Origin: an uncultured Sangeribacter sp. | GTDB lineage: Bacteria; Bacteroidota; Bacteroidia; Bacteroidales; Muribaculaceae | Length of the DNA: 64,000 nucleotides | Assembly (NCBI GenBank): GCA_964425935.1 | Contig: CAYROR010000007.1 | Span: forward strand, 1,629-65,628 | Direction of reading: 5' to 3' | In this document: piece by piece, positions 38,800 through 49,092 of the stretch | How the letters are laid out: every line of letters starts with the position of its first letter | How positions within the stretch are numbered: position 1 is the first letter of the stretch | Notes under the pieces: model-generated | What the model saw: the letters and a program-made list of their open reading frames with translations, nothing else | Databases searched by the model: none | Told to the model about the DNA's origin: nothing | Translations under genes and position numbers: made by a program

Positions 38800-39141
38800 A
38801 TATTGGCAATTTTTATTCAAAATTTCCGCAAAGATAAATAAAAAACGTGATTTTTTGCCCGGAGAATTAGAATTATAGCGAAAACTTGCCGACATTGGCA
38901 AGTTTAATTGGCAAAATATTATCCCCTCCATATCCGAGACGGCGTCACTGGTAGCTTGTCTATTTTTTTTAATCGCTTTAAATTCAAGGTATTTGAGCCG
39001 GGGGGGTATATGGGGCCGATTTCACTTGAAAATAAGAGCCAATATTGGTTCCTCCTGAAACTTTTGTGTCCCAATTGTTCAGCGCAGATTACGCTGACTT
39101 ATGAACTGATATATCAGAAAAAAACATTATCTTTGCCGTAG

Positions 39142-39190
39142 AAAAACAAAACCCGATAGCTTGATATACAGGGGCTACCGGGGATCAACA
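39142..39190 (-). ncRNA. Candidate ~50-nt antisense small RNA upstream of the Abi gene
   Basis: Minus-strand promoter TTTG(39225-39222)-N20-TACCTTTG(39201-39194), then hairpin CCCGGTAGC/GCTATCGGG and TTTTGTTTTT. Confidence 0.5.
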
Positions 39191-39253
39191 CTGCAAAGGT
39201 AGTGTAATTTTTCTAATTAAACAAATTTCAGAACAAGAAAGTTACTTAAAATC

Positions 39254-39973
39254 GTGAATTTTACTGATTTTCAAAATATAGTATCATCAGAGAGGCTACA
39301 ACGCTACCTTTATGCTTGTGATGGAGACCAAGAGAAAACGCTTGACCTCTATCAAGCGAATGTCCGTGTATCTTTGGAAATGTTTGCTATTGTAGGGGCT
39401 TTTGAGATTGCTCTCCGTAATGCTATTGACAAAGTTATGACATCTAATTATGGGGCGGATTGGTTAAGGGATGCCGTACTGCCCGGAGGTTTCTTTGATA
39501 TTCCACAATGTCGTGACCATGCTCAAATCATTCGTTTTGCATACAACAAGTTGGTTAGTAAACATATTTATACGCATAGCCGTCTGCTCGCAAAAATGGA
39601 GTTTGGCATTTGGAAGTATATGTTTTCAAGTCCACAATACCGAGCTTCAGGTCGTATTCTCTTACGAATTTTTCCGAATAAACCAACCTCAACAAGGCAA
39701 ATTCAGTATAACAATACGTCCATTTTCAATGAATTGGATCATGTAAATTCACTCAGAAACCGAATAGCACATCATGAACCAATATGCTTCCCAACAGGTA
39801 AATCAGAAATTACGACTGATTATATCCAGTGGATTTACGTTAAGATAGAAATGCTCTTCAACTGGATGGGGATAGACGCCGCTCATTATGTGGTAAACCT
39901 TTCACAACTAACATCATCTATTGACAAAATAACAAAATTGCAATGTAGAATAAATCAATTATCTTTTGCATAG
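39254..39973 (+). CDS. Abi family (Abi_2/AbiD-F-like) HEPN protein
   Basis: SSERLQRY, LYQAN, FEIALRNAID, MEFGIW, HEPN motif RNRIAHHEP; AT-rich; TATCTTTG promoter at 39128-39135. Confidence 0.85.
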   Translation: MNFTDFQNIVSSERLQRYLYACDGDQEKTLDLYQANVRVSLEMFAIVGAFEIALRNAIDKVMTSNYGADWLRDAVLPGGFFDIPQCRDHAQIIRFAYNKLVSKHIYTHSRLLAKMEFGIWKYMFSSPQYRASGRILLRIFPNKPTSTRQIQYNNTSIFNELDHVNSLRNRIAHHEPICFPTGKSEITTDYIQWIYVKIEMLFNWMGIDAAHYVVNLSQLTSSIDKITKLQCRINQLSFA

Positions 39974-39984
39974 CTACTTTTCAG

Positions 39985-40920
39985 TTAGATTTGATTCATT
40001 GTTGATTCGGGGGATGTTAGATTGCTACTTCGGGCGAGGCGGCGACGATAGTAGGCGCGCTTCTCTTTTCCGCGCGAGAGAAGGATTCGGCTACGGAGAA
40101 AAAGCCTGTAAATGAAGTTGCTGATTTTCCTGTTGATGGGAGATTGGTTGCGTCGGTAGTAGATAGACCGGCTCTCCTCAATAATGTCGGTTTTCCAGCC
40201 TGCAGTCTTTTCCCCCCTGTTTTTCCCTTCCAGATGAATGATTCTTGCCTGAGGCACGGAGAAGATCCATAGTCCCTCCCTGCGAATCCTACGGCAGAGA
40301 TCGGTTTCTTCATAATACATGAAAAACTCCGGAGCAAATCCTCCGAGCCGTTCAAACGTCTCCTTCCTGATCATCAGGTCGGCACCGGTGACGTAGGCCA
40401 CTCTGAGAGGACGCCCGAGGTGGTTGAAATTCCGGTTCCGCCCATAGATGATTTTCTCAGGGAGAAGATGGAGCAATTCGTTGATTTCCCATGCGGGGCC
40501 TGGTGCGAAGCGTTTCAGTGAGGTTGCCGGAGATTGGTTCTCATCATATAGATTTCCTCCGCAGGCTCCACAATCAGGATTGTTGTCGAGGAACTGCGAA
40601 AGAATGGTGACGGCGTCGTTGAGCAAGACAGTGTCGGGATTCAGGAAGAAAAGATGATGCCCCTCTGCAATTGCGGCTCCCGCATTATTGGCTCTCCCAA
40701 ATCCGATATTTTCCTGAAGCTGGATGATCCTCACCTCTTTGCGGGAGGCATTTTTGAGAGATTCCCGGAGGCTTTCGGAAGCGTTGTCTACCACAATCAC
40801 TTCAAATGGCGTTCCTTTCGAGAGATTGAACAGGGAGTCAATGCAATCATCGATGAGGCGCGATGTGTGGAAGTTTACGATGATCACGGAAACGACAGGC
40901 AAAAGTGGGTTTTTGTTCAT
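39985..40920 (-). CDS. Glycosyltransferase family 2
   Basis: SVIIVN, VVDNAS, NIGFGRANN, FLNPD, FFMYYEETDLC. Confidence 0.93.
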   Translation of the reverse strand: MNKNPLLPVVSVIIVNFHTSRLIDDCIDSLFNLSKGTPFEVIVVDNASESLRESLKNASRKEVRIIQLQENIGFGRANNAGAAIAEGHHLFFLNPDTVLLNDAVTILSQFLDNNPDCGACGGNLYDENQSPATSLKRFAPGPAWEINELLHLLPEKIIYGRNRNFNHLGRPLRVAYVTGADLMIRKETFERLGGFAPEFFMYYEETDLCRRIRREGLWIFSVPQARIIHLEGKNRGEKTAGWKTDIIEESRSIYYRRNQSPINRKISNFIYRLFLRSRILLSRGKEKRAYYRRRLARSSNLTSPESTMNQI

Positions 40921-42359
40921 GGCATTCTCCTCTCTGGTAAAAGTTTTCTTGCGAACTGTCCGCAGATAGTGTCAGGAAATATAAAGATCTGAACCGCCAG
41001 GAAATAGATCAGGGCGATTATGCCTGCGACGCAAAGCATCGGAAAGTCGGAGAGGGGGAGCCTTCCCGAACACCACAATAATCCTGCCAACGGCAGATAT
41101 GCCCCCAGATTCTTCATGACCGAGCGCAGAGGGAAGCCTTCTGAAAGGACTCTCTTCACCTCGACCTGCGACAGCACCATTATCAGTATCTCGCAAATGA
41201 GCCACACGACGGCCGATCCAACGGCGGCATAGCGCGGAGTCAGAAGAAAATTGGCTGAGACTCCAGCTGCCGCTCCGATGATTGAATTGCGGAGCACGGT
41301 GCGGTCTCTCTTAAGTGGCATAAGTCCTTGAACGATCATGATCTGCTCATAGCCGATCACGAAGAGAAGGGGCATCACGATCCTCATCGGCACCACCGCG
41401 CCCTCATAGCCCTCTCCTGCCAGAAGAGAAACGATTCTTGGAGCCATGATAATGGCAAAGAAAACTGCGGGTATCGTCACCGACGACAATATGCCTACGC
41501 TCCTTGAATAGAAAACCTTGAATTCCTCCCTTTTCCCTTCATTAAGCAACGCGCTCATGCGGGGCATCATCACTCCAGTGAAAGCGGTCACTATCCCTAT
41601 AAATACAGCATAGAGGCGCGTGGCCGTTGTGTAGAAACCAACCTGCACGTCGGAAGAAACGAATCCGAGGAAAGCCACATTGAAGGTGGTGTAGAATGAT
41701 GTCAGGAGGGAATAGATCCCGTATGTGAGCAACGGCTTGACAAACCGTTTAATGCGCAAGCCGGCGAAGGATAGGGATATGAAACGTCGGGAATGAAAGA
41801 TATTGACCAATGCGTTTGCCACTATTGTCATCACCGACAATAGATAATAGACGGCATAGTCGCCCGGCCTTCTGACGAAGATGAACACTGCGGCCACATA
41901 TAAGCATTTCACAAAGAGACTCCGGATGGTTATATATCTGAAATCTTCTATCCCCTTATAAAACCATTCGATGAGGAGAAAGGAGAAAACCACCTTGAAT
42001 GCTCCCAGAAACATCAGATCCGCATTGGCATGTAGTTCCGGAATCAGAATGGTGGCGCCGGAAAGGAGAAGCACCGACACAATTGTAAAGATAGCGTTGA
42101 TGGCGAGGAGATCCGTAAAGGTTTGGCTAAGCCGTTGCCTGTCGTTTTTTGCCGACGCTGTCTCCCTTATTCCCACCACGGCTATTCCCATCGAGGAGAA
42201 AAGAATGAAATAGTTTATTATGCTGTCGATGAATCCGCACAGTCCGAAATCCGCCACACCCAGCACCCTCGTCACGTATGGGAAAGTCAGCAGAGGGAAG
42301 ATGTAGTTGGCAGTCGTGAGGAAAGCGCTGTAGAAGAAATTCCGTTTGATGCTGGGCAT
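40917..42359 (-). CDS. Polysaccharide flippase (Wzx-like)
   Basis: SIKRNFFYS...FPLLTFPYVTRVLG; many TM helices; start at MPSIK behind TACTTTTG (-) at 42380-42387. Confidence 0.9.
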   Translation of the reverse strand: MPSIKRNFFYSAFLTTANYIFPLLTFPYVTRVLGVADFGLCGFIDSIINYFILFSSMGIAVVGIRETASAKNDRQRLSQTFTDLLAINAIFTIVSVLLLSGATILIPELHANADLMFLGAFKVVFSFLLIEWFYKGIEDFRYITIRSLFVKCLYVAAVFIFVRRPGDYAVYYLLSVMTIVANALVNIFHSRRFISLSFAGLRIKRFVKPLLTYGIYSLLTSFYTTFNVAFLGFVSSDVQVGFYTTATRLYAVFIGIVTAFTGVMMPRMSALLNEGKREEFKVFYSRSVGILSSVTIPAVFFAIIMAPRIVSLLAGEGYEGAVVPMRIVMPLLFVIGYEQIMIVQGLMPLKRDRTVLRNSIIGAAAGVSANFLLTPRYAAVGSAVVWLICEILIMVLSQVEVKRVLSEGFPLRSVMKNLGAYLPLAGLLWCSGRLPLSDFPMLCVAGIIALIYFLAVQIFIFPDTICGQFARKLLPERRMP

Positions 42360-42471
42360 GGTTTTCCGATCCTTTTCCGCAAAAGTAATAAGAAAAATCA
42401 AATAAACGGCTAATTTTTGGGTTTAATAAATGTAGGATTAAATAAAGAGAAAAAAATCGTCTGGAGTCATA

Positions 42472-43530
42472 ATGAAAGTATTGGTCACCGGATCTGCCGG
42501 ATTCATAGGGTCGTATGTGGCAAAAAGATGCGTTGCCAGCGGATATTCCGTGGTTGGACTTGATAATCTGAATAGCTACTATGATGTGGGCCTCAAGCTC
42601 TCACGCCTTGCCGATTCCGGAATCGTGTTTCCCGGAGAAGCCTCCTGGGGAGAGATGAGGGAGTCGGAGGATTATGGAGAGGCCTACCGGTTCGTAAGGA
42701 TGAATCTGGAAGACTCGGATGCCATCCTGAAGCTTTTTGCCGACGAACGGTTTGACATCGTGGTTCATCTGGCTGCACAGGCTGGAGTGAGAAATTCCGG
42801 CATGAATCCTGCTGCCTACATCAGGAGCAATATCGACGGATTCCTCAATATCCTCGAAGGGTGCCGTCTTTGCGGTGTGCGCCATCTTCTTTTCGCCTCC
42901 TCGTCGAGCGTCTATGGCCTTAACGGAAAGACACCCTTCTCGGAAAAAGATGGGGTTTCCCACCCAGTGAGCCTTTATGCGGCCACGAAGATTTCAAATG
43001 AAATGATGGCTCATGCGTATTCCGATCTTTATGACCTTCCTGCGACCGGGCTCCGCTTCTTCACGGTCTACGGTCCCTGGGGACGCCCTGACATGTCGCC
43101 CCATCTGTTTATGGATGCGATTCTCAGCGGGAAGCCGCTGAAGGTGTTCAATAAGGGAGACATGTGGAGGGATTTCACGTTTGTCGACGATGTGGTGGAG
43201 AGTGTGGTGCGGGTCATGGAGATTATCCCCGGAAGAAATGAATGCTGGGACAGCCATGAGGCCGATCCATCCACCTCCAGAGCTCCTTACAGAATTTATA
43301 ATGTGGGGAATGGGGCGCCTGTTAGCCTGATTGACTATGTGAGGTGTATTGAATTGGCGGCGGGAAGGGAGGCCGACAAGGAATATCTTCCCATGCAGCC
43401 CGGAGATGTCTATAAGACTTATGCCGATTCATCCTCACTTTTCAAAACCACCGGGTTCTCCCCCTCCACAACCCTTCAGGAGGGGATTTCCAGGACTCTC
43501 GAATGGTTTAGATCATATTATCAACCCTGA
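42472..43530 (+). CDS. NAD-dependent epimerase (UDP-glucuronate 4-epimerase-like)
   Basis: TGSAGFIG, HLAAQAGVR, SSSSVYG, YAATK, YGPWGRPDM. Confidence 0.92.
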   Translation: MKVLVTGSAGFIGSYVAKRCVASGYSVVGLDNLNSYYDVGLKLSRLADSGIVFPGEASWGEMRESEDYGEAYRFVRMNLEDSDAILKLFADERFDIVVHLAAQAGVRNSGMNPAAYIRSNIDGFLNILEGCRLCGVRHLLFASSSSVYGLNGKTPFSEKDGVSHPVSLYAATKISNEMMAHAYSDLYDLPATGLRFFTVYGPWGRPDMSPHLFMDAILSGKPLKVFNKGDMWRDFTFVDDVVESVVRVMEIIPGRNECWDSHEADPSTSRAPYRIYNVGNGAPVSLIDYVRCIELAAGREADKEYLPMQPGDVYKTYADSSSLFKTTGFSPSTTLQEGISRTLEWFRSYYQP

Positions 43531-43555
43531 GTCGTTTCATGAATAAAGTGATGGT

Positions 43556-44692
43556 ATGAAGGTTGCTGTCAACTGCGCATTCCTGCAGCCCAGAGGGGGA
43601 GGAGTAAAGGAATACATGGTCAATCTGGTCAACAATCTTTGCAGGATTGAACCGGAAAATGACTATGTGATCTACGTGTTGCGCGATTTCCGTGAATATG
43701 CTGCCGCCTGTCTGTCGGGCGCCGACGTCAGGATCAAGGAGATCCCTTTCAAGACAGGATCAAGTTTCAACAAGATTGTAAGGAGTCTCTCGGAGGGCCG
43801 ATTCTGGCTCAGGGAGGAGCGGGAGGAGAAATGGGATCTTTTCCATTCTCCGTTTTTTCATGCCCCGGCCCTGCGTGCCACAAAAACACTCCTGACTGTT
43901 CACGATCTGAGATTCGTGCGCTATCCGGAAACCTATTCCAGACTACGGGCCATTTTCCTGCGTCATGCAGTGAAGCGATCGGTCATGGAAGCCGATCATA
44001 TCATCTCCATCTCCGGATTTACCAAAGAGGAGATCATGAAAGCATATAGGGTGGAGGAGAGCAGGATAACCACGATCCATGAAGCCATTAATCCCGGCGA
44101 CTTTTCTAAGCTCCGTGAAGCTGAGAAGGGACCGGAATGTCTGAATGGCAGGAGATTCATCCTCTCGGTGGGGCATCTTGAACCCCGCAAGAATTATGTC
44201 GGGCTGATCAGGGCCTTCCTCAGAATGAAGCATCGGAATCCTTCGCTTGATGATCTGAAACTTGTGATCGTGGGGCGCAAGGAGTGCCGTTATAAAGAAA
44301 CGCTGAGGATGATTGAAAGCTCTCCGGATGTGGAATATCTTGATTTCGTTTCCCATGAAACCTTGATTTGGCTCTACCGTAATGCCTCATTGTTTGCTTT
44401 CCCGTCGTTTTATGAGGGCTTCGGTTTCCCGCCGCTTGAAGCCGCCGCTTTGGGTCTCCCCTCCGCGGTGAGCGACGCCGCGTCGATCCCCGAGATATGC
44501 GGGGATGGAGTGATCTATTTCAATCCTCACGACATTGACGATATGGCAGATGCCCTTGGGAAGGGTCTGCTCGATGATAGCGAACGAACAAGACTGATCA
44601 GGAAACTTCCGGGGATGGCCGGCGCCTATTCATGGGAAAGGAATGCCGTTGAAACTCTGAAAGTTTATCATTCCTTGACCGATATCCGTTGA
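43556..44692 (+). CDS. Glycosyltransferase family 4
   Basis: TVHDL, GHLEPRKN, PSFYEGFGFPPLEA. Confidence 0.92.
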   Translation: MKVAVNCAFLQPRGGGVKEYMVNLVNNLCRIEPENDYVIYVLRDFREYAAACLSGADVRIKEIPFKTGSSFNKIVRSLSEGRFWLREEREEKWDLFHSPFFHAPALRATKTLLTVHDLRFVRYPETYSRLRAIFLRHAVKRSVMEADHIISISGFTKEEIMKAYRVEESRITTIHEAINPGDFSKLREAEKGPECLNGRRFILSVGHLEPRKNYVGLIRAFLRMKHRNPSLDDLKLVIVGRKECRYKETLRMIESSPDVEYLDFVSHETLIWLYRNASLFAFPSFYEGFGFPPLEAAALGLPSAVSDAASIPEICGDGVIYFNPHDIDDMADALGKGLLDDSERTRLIRKLPGMAGAYSWERNAVETLKVYHSLTDIR

Positions 44693-45807
44693 TTCAGTTT
44701 CTCATAGATTCCGAGATGGGTGGAGGCCACTTTGTCTACGTCATAATCCCTTTCGGCTATTCTCCTCGATTCTTTTCCCATCCGTGCCCGTTGATCAGGA
44801 TTCTCGATCAATCTCCGGAGCGCCTCGGCGATTCTCCCGGGGTTGTGTTTAGGCACTATGAACCCGTTGATTCCATTTTCCACGGTGTCGCGACATCCCA
44901 CAGAATCGGTGGTCACTATCGGTCGACCCACTGCTGATGCCTCTATCAACGACCGGGGCACTCCCTCACGGTAGTAGCTCGGAAGACACATGATATCGCT
45001 TTTCCTCAGAAGTTCATTGACATCGGTCCGGTCTCCGAGCCATTTGATATACTGTCCGTCGACAAGCGACAGGATCTCCTCTTCCGACATAGCGCTCGGA
45101 TTCTGCGATAGCCCTCCGCAGAGCCAGAATTCCACTTTCCCCTCATAGTCGGCGCGCAGGATTTCGGCGGCCTTGACAAGGTCTTCCACTCCTTTCTCGC
45201 GGAGCATCCTGGCCGTGAAAATAACGATCAGAGGAGAGGCCTGGGGTTGTTTCGTGAAGGAGAATTCCTTCAGATCCACCCCTGATCCCTTTATGAAGAC
45301 TATTTTCTGACGCTTCACGATGTTATTGTCGAGGAAGAGACTTTCATCATCGTGGTTCTGAAAAATCACGGTGGCATGGCGGCTGTTCATCCCGAAACGG
45401 AGTCCGCGGAGAATCATTCTTGACACGAGCCCGGGATTGTTTTCTCCGAAGAGTGTTCCCAGCCCGCTCACGGCATAAACCACTCCCCGCGTGTTTGTCA
45501 GTCGGGAAACGATTCCTCCCCAGAGCATGTTTTTGAGCCCCACCAGATGGATCACGGCGTCGGGATTCCGGCGATAGAGCCTGAAGAGAAAGAGAAAAGT
45601 CTTCAGCTCCTCCAGAGGATTAAGTCCTGTCGGGTTGACGGGCAACTCAATATATTTAATACCCATATCCTCGATTACTCCCCGTTTCCCGGTGTTTTTG
45701 GTGACAACCGTGACGTCCCAGCCGTTGGCCATCGCCGTTTCGGCGACACGTGTGCGGTGGGAAAGGAAAAAACGGTCTTCGTTGATTACTAACAGGAGCT
45801 TCTTCAT
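44668..45807 (-). CDS. Glycosyltransferase family 4 (CapM-like)
   Basis: FFLSHR, IFQNHDD, GSGVD, ARMLREKG, LPSYYREGVPRSLIEA. Confidence 0.92.
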   Translation of the reverse strand: MKKLLLVINEDRFFLSHRTRVAETAMANGWDVTVVTKNTGKRGVIEDMGIKYIELPVNPTGLNPLEELKTFLFLFRLYRRNPDAVIHLVGLKNMLWGGIVSRLTNTRGVVYAVSGLGTLFGENNPGLVSRMILRGLRFGMNSRHATVIFQNHDDESLFLDNNIVKRQKIVFIKGSGVDLKEFSFTKQPQASPLIVIFTARMLREKGVEDLVKAAEILRADYEGKVEFWLCGGLSQNPSAMSEEEILSLVDGQYIKWLGDRTDVNELLRKSDIMCLPSYYREGVPRSLIEASAVGRPIVTTDSVGCRDTVENGINGFIVPKHNPGRIAEALRRLIENPDQRARMGKESRRIAERDYDVDKVASTHLGIYEKLNQRISVKE

Positions 45808-46002
45808 AACTTAAAAAACCTGCCGGCGGAAGGGTGGCCCCGGAGCGGAAGGAACGGGGGAAGCCGGTTTGGCTCCCCCCTTCATAAAGACGTTTGAAAA
45901 CGTGATTTATTGTATGGCGGATGTCAATCGGGTGGTTTCAGGTTTCCGGAGGTCTAATAATCGGGAAGGTTCTCCGTTTCATTAATAAAAAAGGTTATAG
46001 AA

Positions 46003-47091
46003 GTGGTAAGAATTCTTCATGTGGTTGGTCATTTGCGGAAAAATGGCACCGAAACGTTTATCATGAATGTCTACAGGCAAATCACCAGAACGCGGGTGCA
46101 ATTCGATTTCCTGACATTCAATGATGAGCGCGACGGGTTTTATGACGAGATTATCCGTCTTGGAGGCCGGGTCTATTTCCTTCCGGGCCGTCGGGCCGGG
46201 CTGAAGACATATCATCGCAGCCTTGACGGTTTTTTCTTTAGTCATGCCCGGGAATATTATCTGGTTCATTTTCATGCCGGCAGTTTCACTACTCTGGCGC
46301 CGCTTCTCTATGCCAAACGCTATGGCATATCCCGCAGGATCGCCCACATCCACAGCGACAGTTGCAACGGATTCCATAATCGACTGCTTCATCGCCTCAA
46401 CGTTTTCAGGCTTCCGGATCTTGCCACTGATTTCCTGGGGTGCTCAAGGAAAGCCTGTGAGTGGGGATTCGGACTGACGAAATGCCGGAAGCAGTCTCAA
46501 GTGATCCGGAATGGAATAGATCTTGACGTTTTCAGACCTGATAATGAAAAACGAAAGAAGACCAGGGCGGAACTGGGATTAGGTGATTCCCGTCTGATCC
46601 TTCATGTGGGGAGTTTCAATGAAGTCAAGAATCAGAAATTCCTGATCAAGGCATTTTCAAGGCTGGCGGCTGTCGAGGCCGATGTGAAGCTGATGCTTGT
46701 AGGCGACGGACCCCGTCGTGAAGAGATTATTAGCCAGGTTGACCGGCTGGGATTGTCCGACAGGGTCATTTTCCCCGGACATCGTGACGACGTGGCCGAT
46801 CTGATGCGTGCAGCCGATCTTTTCGTGTTCCCATCATTTCATGAGGGGCTTGGCCTCGTGGCGATCGAGGCGCAAGCCTGCGGATTGCCGGTGTTGGCAT
46901 CTGAGGGAGTACCCGAGGAGGCGGAGATCAACTATTCTTTTGAGAGGCTTCCGCTCAAGGCAGGTGCCGGTGTGTGGGCAGCGAAAATGAGGGATAAACT
47001 GGAAATCAACGACCGGCGTGTGTCGGTCAGAAAGAGTTATTTTTCCTCATTAGCCACATGGATCGATTTGTTGGACGTCTACACCCGGTGA
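46003..47091 (+). CDS. Glycosyltransferase family 4 (EpsF-like)
   Basis: GTETFIMNVYR, HVGSFNEVKNQ, FPSFHEGLGLVAIEAQACGLP. Confidence 0.9.
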   Translation: MVRILHVVGHLRKNGTETFIMNVYRQITRTRVQFDFLTFNDERDGFYDEIIRLGGRVYFLPGRRAGLKTYHRSLDGFFFSHAREYYLVHFHAGSFTTLAPLLYAKRYGISRRIAHIHSDSCNGFHNRLLHRLNVFRLPDLATDFLGCSRKACEWGFGLTKCRKQSQVIRNGIDLDVFRPDNEKRKKTRAELGLGDSRLILHVGSFNEVKNQKFLIKAFSRLAAVEADVKLMLVGDGPRREEIISQVDRLGLSDRVIFPGHRDDVADLMRAADLFVFPSFHEGLGLVAIEAQACGLPVLASEGVPEEAEINYSFERLPLKAGAGVWAAKMRDKLEINDRRVSVRKSYFSSLATWIDLLDVYTR

Positions 47092-47103
47092 GTCATTCCT
47101 GCA

Positions 47104-48321
47104 TCAGCGTGGGCGGCTGAGTTCAATGGCTCTTTTGCGTTTCTGAGGCATTTCCTGATCAAACTGGCTTGAATAGGGGAGGTATTTATCGATGATCCGG
47201 ATTGTGCCTGAGCGATTCATGGTGGTCCAGTATTCCACGTAGAATTGCGTGAAGACGAGAGGCGCCGCGATGACCATCCAATAAACGAAATTTAATCTTA
47301 CCAGCTTTCCGCGAAACCAGACGCCGGTGAAAAACCATCTCGCCATCACGATCAGCGCGAATATCTCGAAATAATTCACGTAGCGGATGAGGATCATGAC
47401 GCCGATGCTTAGGGTGGAGGCATAGATCCCCACCAGAGCCATCCTTTCCATGAGAGGCGCGTCCTTTCCCTTTCTCCTTTCGCCATTATCCCTCTCTTTT
47501 AAGAAATATAGGGCAATAAGCGGGTAAAGGGAATATCTGACTATGCCGCCGACCGCACCCATGACATTGAGGGTGTTGCCTCCCAATTCATTTCTGGAAT
47601 AGGTGGAGGCACGTTCGGCCATTGATTCCGTGACCGCGATGAGGCGTATGAAGTCGAAAAGGAAATATTTAATGACGAAAGACAAGGCGATCAGGATGGG
47701 GATGATGATGAGGGTGCGCTTGCCGAAAACGAAGAGTTCACGGATGCCGGGAAGAAAAATCACCGGAATCAGAAAGAGGGCGATCGCCGACATGTGGAAG
47801 AAGAACGCGAGAACACACATCGCGTAGTAGGGAATCCATCTCCGCTTCTCCAGCAGGGGCCACGACAGAAGAAAGACGCTGACGGCAAAAGCTTCGCGGA
47901 TCACCTCCATATTCAAGATGATGTAAAGGAAAATGAAATAAAGGAATCCGCAGAAGAATACGTGGCGGGTGTTCTTCCAGATAAATCTGAAGAAAATCGC
48001 GTTGACAATGATAGCCTCAATAAACTGGAGAAGCATGAATTCCGGAGTGATCGACCGGCACAGACTGCTGAAAATGATGTAGAGAGGCGCGAAACGGGTG
48101 TGCCGGAAGTCTCCGGGGCGGAGCTCGGAAAGTTTCGGGGAATCCTCGTAATAGCGTTCATATCTGGCGGAGTCGCCACCCATCTGATATCTGAATCCCG
48201 CCAGACAAATCAGCACCAGCAGCATCAGGAGCCACCAGAAAAGCCGGTGTTTCTCCCTGCCGCGGTAGTCGTAGGCATAACTGAGGATCAGGAATGTGGA
48301 TATGATGGCGATATAGATCAT
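47104..48321 (-). CDS. EpsG-family polysaccharide polymerase (Wzy-like)
   Basis: GFRYQMGGDSARY, IREAFA, FHMSA; multi-TM; start at MIYIA (ORF is open to 48366). Confidence 0.85.
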   Translation of the reverse strand: MIYIAIISTFLILSYAYDYRGREKHRLFWWLLMLLVLICLAGFRYQMGGDSARYERYYEDSPKLSELRPGDFRHTRFAPLYIIFSSLCRSITPEFMLLQFIEAIIVNAIFFRFIWKNTRHVFFCGFLYFIFLYIILNMEVIREAFAVSVFLLSWPLLEKRRWIPYYAMCVLAFFFHMSAIALFLIPVIFLPGIRELFVFGKRTLIIIPILIALSFVIKYFLFDFIRLIAVTESMAERASTYSRNELGGNTLNVMGAVGGIVRYSLYPLIALYFLKERDNGERRKGKDAPLMERMALVGIYASTLSIGVMILIRYVNYFEIFALIVMARWFFTGVWFRGKLVRLNFVYWMVIAAPLVFTQFYVEYWTTMNRSGTIRIIDKYLPYSSQFDQEMPQKRKRAIELSRPR

Positions 48322-48362
48322 CTTAGTGATTGGATGTTGATGTCGGTGGGATCCCGGTTTTT

Positions 48363-49088
48363 TCACAAGGAATCTTCCCTGCGTGCCACGTCGGCGGCGA
48401 GTTCCAGAAAAGCCTTTTTGCGGGGCGATTTTCCGATGATGTCCTCGAAGACGCTAAGCCGATGGAGGTCGGTGCCGAGGATATCGGCGAGCCCATGCTC
48501 AATGAGCCACTCTGCCTTCGCACGCGCTCTCTCCCCGTGGGCGCCGACGAGCGAAGGGAGGTTGACCTGGAAAAGAAGACCCTCTTCCCGCAGGCGCAGA
48601 TAGTCCCTCTTTTCCATATACACATAGCGCTCGGGATGAGCGAGCACAGGGAAATAGCCCTCCTCCCGGATTCTTGAAAGGGTGGCGTCCATAGCCATCG
48701 GCGGATTAAAATAAGACGTTTCCACAAGGAGATGGCGATTCCCGTCGCCGATCGGGAGGAGATCGCCGGCTTCCAGCCTCTCCATGAAAAGGGCATCGAG
48801 CATGTTTTCAGCTCCCAGGCGGAGTTCCACATTCCCGTTCCAGGTCGCTTTCAATGTGTTGAAAGTCGTTTTCAGGTCTTCCGGGCGGTTGGGATAGTCT
48901 TCCATTATATGCGGAGTGAGCCATACGCGTTTGAATCCGAGGGATTCGTAAACGCGCAAGACGCTGACGGCATCCTCAATGGTGCGTATTCCGTCGTCTA
49001 CTCCGGGAAGGATGTGGGAATGCCAGTCGGTGAAGCCCCCGAAGATTCCTGACTCCCGCAGATTGCTCGTTGTTCTGAATGGCCACAT
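48363..49088 (-). CDS. CpsB/CapC PHP-family tyrosine phosphatase
   Basis: DWHSHILPGVDDG, LTPH, AHPERY, GTDLH. Confidence 0.93.
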   Translation of the reverse strand: MWPFRTTSNLRESGIFGGFTDWHSHILPGVDDGIRTIEDAVSVLRVYESLGFKRVWLTPHIMEDYPNRPEDLKTTFNTLKATWNGNVELRLGAENMLDALFMERLEAGDLLPIGDGNRHLLVETSYFNPPMAMDATLSRIREEGYFPVLAHPERYVYMEKRDYLRLREEGLLFQVNLPSLVGAHGERARAKAEWLIEHGLADILGTDLHRLSVFEDIIGKSPRKKAFLELAADVARREDSL

Positions 49089-49092
49089 ATTC

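Noticed and set aside
45808-46002. Invertible promoter between the divergent glycosyltransferases
   Set aside because: Only a short GC hairpin is visible, with no long flanking inverted repeats or recombinase.
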